A DNA stretch of 64,000 nt, taken from Minisyncoccia bacterium. Lineage in GTDB: Bacteria; Patescibacteriota; Minisyncoccia; SW-4-49-11. The stretch is taken from assembly GCA_044356325.1 (NCBI GenBank), contig JBIKWJ010000002.1, forward strand, positions 94,327 to 158,326, in the 5' to 3' direction. The notes below the pieces were generated by a model. It was not told where the DNA came from, did no database searches, and saw only the letters and a program-made list of their open reading frames with translations. Within the stretch, counting starts at the first letter, position 1, and each line of letters opens with the position of its first letter. Both the position numbers and the translations under genes were made by a program. Of this stretch, positions 56,201-64,000 are shown piece by piece.

Positions 56201-56749
56201 GAGCTCAGTTAATAGGGTATTTGCTTTTAATTGGTCAAGGGTATTGATAAATGGTAAAATTTCAAAATAAAGGTTTTCTTTAAAAATATCTTTATAAGAT
56301 TTTACCCAAGCTGAAACTTTGGAAGGGGTATGAATAAGATAAGAGGCGATTTCCCCAGTATAATTACCAGTAAGACAAATAATATCACCAGAATATTGGG
56401 ATAATTCCTCAAAAGAAACATATTTATGAGTATTAAGACGAACCAGAGAGGCAAGCTCAATTAAATTCATATATCCAATATAGGATTTAGCAAGTAGGGT
56501 TAGGGAATAGCTTTTATTATCTCCTGCATCAAAACTTCCAACAGATAGACATATTCCTAATATTGGTTTTATATTAGCTTTTTTTGCTTTTTCATAAAAC
56601 TCAATAGCCCCAAACATATTATCCTTATCGGCAAGGGTTATGGTATTAAATTCCAATAATTGAGCCCTTGCAATAATAGCATCAATGGAACCAATGGCCT
56701 CGAGTATGCTGTAATGAGAGCGAGTATTGAGATGGACAAATTCTTGCAT
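53231..56749 (-). CDS. dnaE: DNA polymerase III alpha subunit DnaE
   Basis: N-terminal PHP domain (FVHLNTRSHYS), polymerase core (motifs around PDIDIDF), and OB domain. 1172 aa. Confidence 0.9.
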   Translation of the reverse strand: MQEFVHLNTRSHYSILEAIGSIDAIIARAQLLEFNTITLADKDNMFGAIEFYEKAKKANIKPILGICLSVGSFDAGDNKSYSLTLLAKSYIGYMNLIELASLVRLNTHKYVSFEELSQYSGDIICLTGNYTGEIASYLIHTPSKVSAWVKSYKDIFKENLYFEILPFINTLDQLKANTLLTELGVSAQIPLVLTAQSMYLTPEQKTAHDIMLAIKYKTNIQNPDRISFAYEDYSFKSAEEIYTLAQELNIPEEAIHNTRTIADICNVEIPLYQIQLPAFEVPALESGEKLSNENYLRHLCEDGIVKRYPGKDQTPIRERLEYEFGVIKTAGYIDYFLIVSDFINWAKSNNILVGPGRGSAAGSLVAYLLAITDLDPLEYQLLFERFLNPARVSMPDIDIDFQDNKRELVLQYVAQKYGQDHVAQICTFGTMAAKAAIRDTGRALGYSYGLCDSIAKLIEQKTIAKSIANSRELKARYEQEEKVTTLIDAAQELEGSVRHTSTHACAVVISPKKLTSYTPLQISESGGKTSITTQYEMHAIEDLGLLKMDFLGLSNLSIIESTLELIQSQTGTIIDINNLPIKDTLTYKLFQKGQTTGVFQFESQGMKKALIGLKPSDFNDLIAMVSLYRPGPMELIPTYIARKHGKEEVSYLHPNLEPILKPTYGIMIYQEQLMQASQAVAGFSLPEADTLRKAVGKKIKELMDEQKTNIIEGTVKQGIERQVGEKLWELIEPFGDYGFNKSHAACYAFIAYQTAYLKAHYPLQFMVALLNSDAKDMTRIAIDITESRQLGLKIQAPHINKSRAQFSGSDSTIFYGLGSIKNMSSHLAEYIETERINNGPFSSLEDFFKRIPAKELNKKNLEALIKGGALDELEKRHILITNIDTISLYIKKLSDINTIVPTNSLFGNTTPTSPVLDLVDSPISPTEQLNQILELENHYLGLWISAHPIDEYKTIIEDLAFPSIKELKESKRKTGMILAGIIKENKIIMTKSGSKMAFVTLEDYNDSIEAIIFPSIYGPISDAITPGKGFALKGKRQDKDGSSQFIVSEVKSLSDTDINTWITTKEKKDNGNSVEDIGASIPEPDESIPNTIPTTPEGQEIVGVNIIIPPHTSKDSLEKARDILNREPRGNCPVYLVANYNTPNIQIKSTNFSVQYSEELISRIKYILNNQE

Positions 56750-56812
56750 AGCGGAAATTTTCTTATTATGTATAGTATATCATAGAATAGAGTTTATGAG
56801 GTTTATGATATA

Positions 56813-57490
56813 ATGGTATATATGAATATACAAACATTTCGTACAGAAAAAGAATGGCTTAAGGCAAGTGTTAATTGGATTCAAGAAAATCTCAGCATTC
56901 GTATTCAAGAACATCAAATAACCTCTTTAGCTGTATCAGGAGGCACTACTCCATTTCCTATTTATGAAGCTTTAGCTCGACAAGCTATTCAATGGGATAA
57001 AGTAAATCTTGTGGAGGTAGATGAGAGATATGTACCGGAAAACACAGATGATTCAAATTGGAAAAGTATACAAAAAAGTTTTCAAACAATAAAGCCACAC
57101 CATATCATACGATTTCAATATCGGGATACTATTGAGCAATCATTAATTGAATTAGAACAGCAATTACCCACTCAATTGGGAGTAACAATATTAGGAATGG
57201 GATTAGATGGGCATTTTGCATCACTTTTTGCAGGAGGGGAATATTGGGATAATATATCCAATAATAAAGCTCTGATAACAGATGCTCCTGATAATTATAT
57301 AACTCAGGAGAGATTAAGTCTTAGTCCTGAATATATATTTAATTCGGAGTCTATAATTGTATTATTAAAAGGAGAAGACAAATATAATTATCTGATTAAT
57401 TCTCTCAATCAAAATCATATACCTAAAGAATTCCCTTTACAATATATTGTAGAACATCCTAATTTAGTCATATATTGCTATTTAGATTGA
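56813..57490 (+). CDS. pgl: 6-phosphogluconolactonase / NagB-family sugar-phosphate isomerase
   Basis: LAVSGGTTP and VDERYV motifs of the Pgl/NagB family. Confidence 0.65.
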   Translation: MVYMNIQTFRTEKEWLKASVNWIQENLSIRIQEHQITSLAVSGGTTPFPIYEALARQAIQWDKVNLVEVDERYVPENTDDSNWKSIQKSFQTIKPHHIIRFQYRDTIEQSLIELEQQLPTQLGVTILGMGLDGHFASLFAGGEYWDNISNNKALITDAPDNYITQERLSLSPEYIFNSESIIVLLKGEDKYNYLINSLNQNHIPKEFPLQYIVEHPNLVIYCYLD

Positions 57491-57522
57491 TATGTTATAC
57501 TAAAAACAGATAAAAAAATACA

Positions 57523-58665
57523 ATGACAAAAAACATAAAACAATATCAGTTTATTAGAGCTGTAGCAATATTATCGGGTACTATTATTGGTGCTGGAACC
57601 CTTGCTATTCCTTATACCATTTATTATGCTGGGTATTGGTTAGGAATATTATATTTAGTGATATTGGGAGTTGTAATGTTGACATTACATTTGATGTTGG
57701 GTGAAGTGAGTTTGAGAACAAAAGGAATTGTACAAGTACCAGAGCTTATAAAAAAATACCTTGGCAAAAAAGGATATTTATTAGCTGTGCTCTCAACAAT
57801 ATTTATCATATATGGCGCGATGACAGCTTATATTAGAGCTGCGGGAGATATAGTGAATGCTGTAATTCCATCGAATTCCTTTGCATGGTCAATTGTATTT
57901 TTTAGTATTGGAAGTTATTTGATTATAAAGGGCTTAAAAGTAGTAAGTAAATGGGAATTGGTATTTGGTATAGGTATGCTCCTTATTATTATGACTATAT
58001 GGCTAAAAGCTATGTATACGCAAAGTATTGATTGGTCTCAATTTTCTATTAATCCAAGTGTTTCATTTTCTCATGCCATTGCTCCCTATGGGATAATATT
58101 ATTTTCCTATTTTGGGCTTATTAGTGTACCACAGCTGAAAAAAATATTGGGAAAACAAAGTGTCAAAATGAAGTCGGCTATACAACTTGGGGTATTGATA
58201 CCAGTTTTAGTCTATAGTGTATTTGTAACCCTGGTAATAGGAGTGGCGGGATCAGATATTACGAAAGTTGCTACTATAGCCCTTGGAGCAAAAATGGGGC
58301 CACAGGTACTTGGCATTATTACGGTATTTGCATTATTAGCTATGATAACATCATATATCGCTATGGGTATAGCCCTTATAGATTCTTATATTTCTTTTGG
58401 AAATATATCGAGATTGACGGCTACTATTATTACAGTAATACCACCTATAGCTATACTTACTTTAGATTGGGTTGAATTTGATACTATTATTGGCTATGTA
58501 GGAGGAATAGGAATTGGTATATTATCTATTCTTATTGTATTAATGTTTTGGCGGTCAAAAGTTACCGGTAAAATAAACCCGGCTTATAGCTTGGGGCATT
58601 TGAAATGGGTTGGTATAGGTATGATTGTTATATTTAGTTTTGGAATACTTAGTTTATTCCTGTAA
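57523..58665 (+). CDS. Amino acid permease (aromatic amino acid / Trp-Tyr permease-like)
   Basis: 380 aa with about 11 TM helices. N-terminal GTIIGAGTLAIPY resembles amino-acid transporter family members. Confidence 0.5.
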   Translation: MTKNIKQYQFIRAVAILSGTIIGAGTLAIPYTIYYAGYWLGILYLVILGVVMLTLHLMLGEVSLRTKGIVQVPELIKKYLGKKGYLLAVLSTIFIIYGAMTAYIRAAGDIVNAVIPSNSFAWSIVFFSIGSYLIIKGLKVVSKWELVFGIGMLLIIMTIWLKAMYTQSIDWSQFSINPSVSFSHAIAPYGIILFSYFGLISVPQLKKILGKQSVKMKSAIQLGVLIPVLVYSVFVTLVIGVAGSDITKVATIALGAKMGPQVLGIITVFALLAMITSYIAMGIALIDSYISFGNISRLTATIITVIPPIAILTLDWVEFDTIIGYVGGIGIGILSILIVLMFWRSKVTGKINPAYSLGHLKWVGIGMIVIFSFGILSLFL

Positions 58666-60687
58666 ATTTTTAATTAAGGCTATTTCATCCCGCAAATCTT
58701 TTGCTTTCTCAAAATCTAATGCTTGAGCCGCTATATTCATTTGTTTGGTTAATTCTTCTATCATAAATTCTCGCTCCGATATATCGAGAGAAGATATTTT
58801 TTGCTGCAATAGCTCTTTTTTCTTATCTTTGATAATACTTGACCGTATATCTTTTTTAATTCCCTGAGGTTTAATATTATGAGCAGTATTATATGTTTCT
58901 TGAATATCTCGGCGACGATCAGTCTCAGCAATAGCTCTCTCAATAGATTTGGTCCTTTTATTGGCATACAGAATAACCTTTCCATTTTGATGTCGGGCAG
59001 CTCTTCCAATTGTTTGAATTAGGGAGGTTTCATTACGCAAAAACCCCTCTTTATCTGCATCCAAGATAGCAACCAAAGATACCTCAGGTAAATCCAATCC
59101 TTCTCGAAGCAAATTAATTCCAACCAAAACATCAAATTCCCCTTGCCGTAATTTGGTGAGAATTTCAGGTCTATCTAAGGTATCAATATCTGAGTGTAAA
59201 TATTCAGTTTTTATATCGCGCTCTTTGAGATAATCTGTGATATCCTCAGCCATTCTTTTGGTAAGAGTCAATATTAATACTCTTTCATCCTTGGCAATAA
59301 TAGTACCAATTTCCTGAATAATATCTTGAATTTGATTATCTGTGGGCCTGATTTCAATAACTGGCTCCAAAAGGCCTGTTGGGCGAATAATTTGCTCTGC
59401 AATACCATCTGGACTTTCTTTATATTGCTGTAATTCAATAATAGAATGAACCGTATCATTGGTAGAATGAGCTAATTCATATTCTCCAGGAGTAGCAGAA
59501 ACATACACAATATGAGGTATTTTAGCTTCAAATTCATAGAATTTTAAAGGTCTATTGTCTGCTGCAGAAGGTAATCTAAATCCAAAATCAATAAGGTTTT
59601 TTTTGCGAGCAGCGTCCCCATTATGCATACCCCTAACTTGGGGGAGAGTAATATGAGACTCATCAACTAAAGTAAGAAATTCATTATCAGACTCAAGAAA
59701 ATAATCAATGAGAGTATAAGGAGGTTCTCCCGGTGCACGACCAGTTAAATAGCGAGAATAATTCTCAATTCCTTTAGTGAAACCGACCTCAGATAACATT
59801 TCTGCATCATAATTAACCCTCTCTTCGATACGCTGAGCCTCTACTAATTTATTGTGTTTTTTAAAAAATGCCACTCTCTCAGACATCTCCTCCTTGATAA
59901 GGGGAATCATATTATCCACCTTGGTTCGAGTAGAAATCCAATGAGTAGCGGGGAATATTCGATAAGAATCAATATACTTAGCAGGAAGTTGTTCCAAAAT
60001 ACTGTCCTGATATTCATTATAGGAAATAGTTTCAATAGTATCTCCCCAAAAGCTAATTTTGACCAAGCGCTTTTCTCCAGGTTCATGAATTTCTACCACA
60101 TCCCCCTTAATACGAAAACATCCCGGCTTAAAATCAATATCATTACGGCTATACTGAATACTGATCAAAGAGCGTATAAAATCATCTCTTTGAATTTTTT
60201 GCCCAATTTCAATAATTACCGATAAATTCCCATAATCTTCAGGGGATCCAATACCATAAATACAAGATACTGATGAAATAATAATAGTATCAGGATTTGA
60301 TAATAAACTTTGAGTGGCTGCATGACGTAATCGCTCTACCTGATCATTGGTCATCGACTCCTTTTCAATATACGTATCAGAAGAGGGAAGATAGCTTTCA
60401 GGTTGATAATAGTCATAATAGGATACAAAATAATGAACATTGTTCTCCGGAAAAAAGTCACGAAACTCCTGATATAATTGGGCTGCAAGAGTTTTGTTAT
60501 GAGAAATAATAAGAGTTGGTTTTTGATACTTTTCAATCAAATGAGCCATAGTAAAGGTTTTTCCTGAACCAGTTACTCCCAGTAGGGTTTGATGAGCACG
60601 CCCCTCAGCCAACCCTCGACTTAATTTGTCGATGGCTTGAGGCTGATCACCTTTTGGCTCATAATGAGAGGAAATTTTAAACTTCAT
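58654..60687 (-). CDS. uvrB: Excinuclease ABC subunit B
   Basis: Walker A LLGVTGSGKTFT, helicase motifs, beta-hairpin region, and the C-terminal UVR domain (ALDFEKAKDLRDEI). Confidence 0.9.
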   Translation of the reverse strand: MKFKISSHYEPKGDQPQAIDKLSRGLAEGRAHQTLLGVTGSGKTFTMAHLIEKYQKPTLIISHNKTLAAQLYQEFRDFFPENNVHYFVSYYDYYQPESYLPSSDTYIEKESMTNDQVERLRHAATQSLLSNPDTIIISSVSCIYGIGSPEDYGNLSVIIEIGQKIQRDDFIRSLISIQYSRNDIDFKPGCFRIKGDVVEIHEPGEKRLVKISFWGDTIETISYNEYQDSILEQLPAKYIDSYRIFPATHWISTRTKVDNMIPLIKEEMSERVAFFKKHNKLVEAQRIEERVNYDAEMLSEVGFTKGIENYSRYLTGRAPGEPPYTLIDYFLESDNEFLTLVDESHITLPQVRGMHNGDAARKKNLIDFGFRLPSAADNRPLKFYEFEAKIPHIVYVSATPGEYELAHSTNDTVHSIIELQQYKESPDGIAEQIIRPTGLLEPVIEIRPTDNQIQDIIQEIGTIIAKDERVLILTLTKRMAEDITDYLKERDIKTEYLHSDIDTLDRPEILTKLRQGEFDVLVGINLLREGLDLPEVSLVAILDADKEGFLRNETSLIQTIGRAARHQNGKVILYANKRTKSIERAIAETDRRRDIQETYNTAHNIKPQGIKKDIRSSIIKDKKKELLQQKISSLDISEREFMIEELTKQMNIAAQALDFEKAKDLRDEIALIKNLQE

Positions 60688-60792
60688 ATCTATTAGTATA
60701 CCATTAAATATTGTGATAGCAATGCTTATAAAAATATATTCACCAAATGAAATATATATGATATAATAAAGTTAACATAAAATATACTCAAT

Positions 60793-61173
60793 ATGGCAGA
60801 AAATAAAAAAACAGTATTACTCGTAGAAGATGATATTTTTCTTAGAGAATTAGTTGGTATCAAATTACGTGAGTCCAAATATCAAGTAACTGAAGCCTCT
60901 AATGGTAAAGAGGGATTAGAAAAACTATTAGCTCAAGAATATGATATTGTTCTTTTGGATATTATGATTCCTATCAAGACAGGTTTTGAAGTGTTAGAAG
61001 AATATAAGAAAAAAAAGGCAGATACTATTAATTCCAAAATTGTAATAATGAGTAATCTTAATGAACAAAATTATATTACTAAAGCCTTAAAATTGGGTGC
61101 AATAGATTATGTTATTAAAGCACATTATTCCCCCACTGAAATAGTAGCAAAAATCAATCAATTATTACAATAA
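60793..61173 (+). CDS. Stand-alone response-regulator receiver domain (CheY-like)
   Basis: LLVEDD acidic pocket, phospho-acceptor D in VLLDIMIP, the conserved S/T in VIMSN, and K in YVIKA. Confidence 0.8.
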   Translation: MAENKKTVLLVEDDIFLRELVGIKLRESKYQVTEASNGKEGLEKLLAQEYDIVLLDIMIPIKTGFEVLEEYKKKKADTINSKIVIMSNLNEQNYITKALKLGAIDYVIKAHYSPTEIVAKINQLLQ

Positions 61174-61174
61174 T

Positions 61175-62314
61175 ATGAAAACTTTTCTTAAGCGTTGGAA
61201 TACATTAACCAGCAAACAAAAATATACAGTATATGGACTTTTCGTTTTTATAGTTGTGGGAGTTTTTGGCATAGGAATATATGCTTTTACACGTAGCTCA
61301 GACACTTCTTCCGATATAGTTGCTGGTACACAAGATAAAAAAACTGATGCGGCCGGAAATATATTAAACCCAAGTGAAGAGGAAGTTACAAATGCGAGTC
61401 CACTGAGTGGTATTCAATGTGATAATTATAAACAAAGACCAGTGGCTGTAATGATGGCGGGAGACGCTGTAGCAAGGCCATTATCTGGACTTAGTCAGGC
61501 AGATATTGTGGTAGAAATGCCCGTAATAACTGGTAGTGTAACGAGATTAATGGGAGTTTTTGTGTGTAATCTGCCACAAGAAGTTGGTTCAATTCGCAGT
61601 GCTAGACATGATTATATTAGTTTGGTAAGGGGTTGGAATGCTATTTATGTACATTGGGGAGGATCTCACTTTGCTCTTGATGAGCTCAAAACCGGGAAGA
61701 GATATACCGGTGAAAACCTAGGAAAAATATCAGATATTGATGCGATGTCATCAAGTGGACCATTTTTCCGTAAAAGTACAGCGCCAGCTCCTCATAATGG
61801 ATTTGCTTCCTTACCAAAAGTTCTAGATTTAGCAAAATCTCGAGGCTATTCTCTTACTACTGACTTTGAGGGATATAATTTTCAAAGTAATCAAAATATT
61901 GACTCTGAAAAAGTAAATGCAAAAAATGGAACTTTATACGTAGGGTTTGGAGGGGTGTTTGCAACTCGTTGGCAATATAATAAAGATACCAATAGTTATA
62001 CTCGATATTGGGCTGGACAAAAAGATACTGATAGAGGGAATAATAATGCAGATATTACCCCTAAAAATATTGTTGTTATCAGAGCCTCATCTCGTCAAAT
62101 TGAGGGACAATACAATGAGGTTAGTTTTTATGGTAAAGGAGAGGGAAAACTATATCAAAATGGTCAAGAAAAAACTATCACTTGGAAAAAAGAAGGGTTT
62201 AAAGATACTTTGAGATTTTACAATGAAGTGGGAGAGGAAATTGCACTTGTTCCGGGATCAACTTTTATTCAAGTTCTCGAACCAAATCAAAGTTTGAAAT
62301 GGGAGCTTAATTAG
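61175..62314 (+). CDS. DUF3048-domain protein (YerB-like) with N-terminal membrane anchor
   Basis: RPVAVMMAGDAVARPLSGLSQADIVVEMPV matches the DUF3048 N-domain pattern. Confidence 0.55.
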   Translation: MKTFLKRWNTLTSKQKYTVYGLFVFIVVGVFGIGIYAFTRSSDTSSDIVAGTQDKKTDAAGNILNPSEEEVTNASPLSGIQCDNYKQRPVAVMMAGDAVARPLSGLSQADIVVEMPVITGSVTRLMGVFVCNLPQEVGSIRSARHDYISLVRGWNAIYVHWGGSHFALDELKTGKRYTGENLGKISDIDAMSSSGPFFRKSTAPAPHNGFASLPKVLDLAKSRGYSLTTDFEGYNFQSNQNIDSEKVNAKNGTLYVGFGGVFATRWQYNKDTNSYTRYWAGQKDTDRGNNNADITPKNIVVIRASSRQIEGQYNEVSFYGKGEGKLYQNGQEKTITWKKEGFKDTLRFYNEVGEEIALVPGSTFIQVLEPNQSLKWELN

Positions 62315-62333
62315 TGATTAGCTTGCGACAATC

Positions 62334-63356
62334 GTGATTATATCAATTTCTGGATCAGATACGTATCGTTCAAGAGAAAAACTTTATTCTATACAAGAAT
62401 TAGGAATTCAGAAACAGGCAAAACAAGAGGTCTTTGATTTTACTGAAATTGTATTACCAGACACTCCTGAAATAGTATTATCTCGATTAAAACAAAGTCT
62501 CAATACGAGTTCTTTATTTACTGAAAAAAGATTACTTATTATTAGAGGATTAGCTTCCCTGCCTAAAGCCTTATATACTACAATCAAAAAAAGTTTATCT
62601 ATTCTCAAAGATAATGCCGATATTATTGTATTATTTTATGATACAGTAAGTATACTCAAAACCCATCCACTAACAAAAACTCTAGATCAAGTAAAAGCAA
62701 AAAACACGGAATATACTTTTTTATCAGAACCAAAAGTAATAGCCTATATTCATCAAATGAGCTTAGAGCAGGGTATAGATATCAAAAGAGATGGTATTAT
62801 ATATCTTATTTCTTATCAAAAAGCGCAGTATACATTAGCTCAAGAAAAATCAGACAATAGATCAAAATCAAAAGCTAATGCCTTTCAAATAGATTTATAT
62901 GCAATAGAATTGCTCTTAAATACATTATATAACTATTATGAAAATAAACCTATTACGGTTGAAATGCTCAAAATAATACTCCCGCAAGAACAATCATATA
63001 GTATATTTTCTTTAGCTGAATCAATATATGCAAGGAATTATGGCAAATATATTGCAACATTAAACTTTCTTCAAAAACAAGGTATAGAAGGGATAAAAGT
63101 ATATGGACTATTATTATCCCAAATCAAGACAGCACTTATTATCAAAATGTCTCAAGAAAGCCAAAAACAATATATTGATTATGTAAAAGGTCATCCCTAT
63201 ATACTCAAAATAACTGCTCAGAATATTCAATCTTGGAATTCTAAAGACCTCAAAAAAATATATTTAAATCTAATACAAGGAGATTATGAAATCAAATTTC
63301 AAGGTAAGAACCCCTATGATAAGCTAAAAGAATTGGGGCTAGAGGGGGTAACCTAA
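62334..63356 (+). CDS. holA: DNA polymerase III delta subunit-like (HolA), tentative
   Basis: Size and N-terminal pattern resemble the delta subunit. Weak sequence evidence. Confidence 0.35.
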   Translation: MIISISGSDTYRSREKLYSIQELGIQKQAKQEVFDFTEIVLPDTPEIVLSRLKQSLNTSSLFTEKRLLIIRGLASLPKALYTTIKKSLSILKDNADIIVLFYDTVSILKTHPLTKTLDQVKAKNTEYTFLSEPKVIAYIHQMSLEQGIDIKRDGIIYLISYQKAQYTLAQEKSDNRSKSKANAFQIDLYAIELLLNTLYNYYENKPITVEMLKIILPQEQSYSIFSLAESIYARNYGKYIATLNFLQKQGIEGIKVYGLLLSQIKTALIIKMSQESQKQYIDYVKGHPYILKITAQNIQSWNSKDLKKIYLNLIQGDYEIKFQGKNPYDKLKELGLEGVT

Positions 63357-63396
63357 AAAGCTCCCAAATAAATCAGGAGCTTTTTAGGTTTAGGGC

Positions 63397-63666
63397 TTAT
63401 TTGGCAGTTAATGCTTGATTAAGCTTTGATGCGAGGCGTGATTTTTTGCGCGCTGCAGAATTCTTTTTCAAAATTCCTCGCTTAGCAGTCTTATCAATTG
63501 CCTTATAAACATTAGGCATAAATTCCTGAGCTTTTGTAATATCAGTTGAAAGATATCCTATAAACTCCTTTACAGAGTTTTTTAGTCTTTTCTTTACGAT
63601 ATTATTCTCAGCATTTTTCTTGAGAGATTGTCGATGTGCTTTAATAGCAGATTGTGTAATAGGCAT
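63397..63666 (-). CDS. rpsT: 30S ribosomal protein S20
   Basis: N-terminal SAIKAHRQSLKKN and an overall basic, helical 89 aa protein. Confidence 0.8.
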   Translation of the reverse strand: MPITQSAIKAHRQSLKKNAENNIVKKRLKNSVKEFIGYLSTDITKAQEFMPNVYKAIDKTAKRGILKKNSAARKKSRLASKLNQALTAK

Positions 63667-63670
63667 AGAT

Positions 63671-63895
63671 TTATCTGGTTACATAAGGAATAATTGATAA
63701 AAACCGAGCTCTTTTCATAGCCTTGGACAGATTTCTCTGATGATTTGCTCGAGTTCCTGTTCGGCGTGATGCTACGATTTTAGCTTGAGGAGTTAAAAAC
63801 ATCTTCAAAGTAACTGCATCCTTATAGTCTATTGCAACATTATTAGTGCTAAAATAGCATACCTTAGGGACTTTCTTCTTATTGTTCGTTCTCAT
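63671..63895 (-). CDS. rpsR: 30S ribosomal protein S18
   Basis: IDYKD..LK.F....KI...R.TG....HQR.L..A.KRAR.L core. Confidence 0.85.
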   Translation of the reverse strand: MRTNNKKKVPKVCYFSTNNVAIDYKDAVTLKMFLTPQAKIVASRRTGTRANHQRNLSKAMKRARFLSIIPYVTR

Positions 63896-63900
63896 ACGTG

Positions 63901-64000
63901 GTAAATTAATTAAAATGGAATTTCTTCTAAATCGATTTCATCCTCATCTAGATTGACAGTAGGAAGTTCTTCCTGAATGTCAGTTACTGGTTTTGAGGCA
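63901..64000 (-). CDS. ssb: Single-stranded DNA-binding protein, C-terminal end (partial, runs off window)
   Basis: Own translation of the minus strand ends ...[12 protein letters not shown] then stop, the acidic SSB tail. Conserved ssb-rpsR order. Confidence 0.6.

Overview
Low-GC bacterial chromosomal segment, roughly one third GC by eye. It uses the standard genetic code, with TGA as a stop codon. The housekeeping backbone is compact and encodes yvcK, typA, four tRNAs, a tandem LOG hydrolase, pcrA, a SpoU methyltransferase, rbfA-infB, rsmA, a split virB4 plus a TolB-like protein, two O-antigen-ligase paralogs, GT2, a flippase, yidC-rnpA-rpmH, dnaA, dnaN, comM, M23/LysM, thermonuclease, pterin dehydratase, a PQQ-type dehydrogenase, a split ABC exporter, dnaE, pgl, a permease, uvrB, a receiver domain, DUF3048, holA-like, rpsT and rpsR-ssb. 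The short IF-2, split ABC transporter, VirB4 and many orphan small genes suggest a reduced-genome CPR/Patescibacteria-like organism; this is an inference, not shown by the sequence. The intergenic space is unusual in two ways. (1) Many mosaic arrays are built from a small vocabulary of GC-rich short hairpin or palindrome modules. One related element sits immediately 3' of two tRNA genes and is followed by a duplicate of the tRNA 3' end. (2) At least a dozen mini expression cassettes have a near-identical TTGACAAAAT..GGAAAATGTGGTATAGT-type promoter and AT-rich leader, a short unrelated ORF, and a stereotyped GC hairpin plus T-run terminator. Several cassette ORFs are conspicuously GC-rich compared with the backbone, and one block around 19.7-21.4 kb looks roughly 60 percent GC. 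One or two of these cassettes also sit between dnaA and dnaN, next to an oriC-like DnaA-box cluster; the second cassette's CDS is only a low-confidence 39-aa Hok-like ORF. Other accessory items are a VapBC-like PIN/antitoxin pair, a DinD/Bro-N gene with a partly duplicated 5' end, an RHH protein and a Hok-like mini-ORF.
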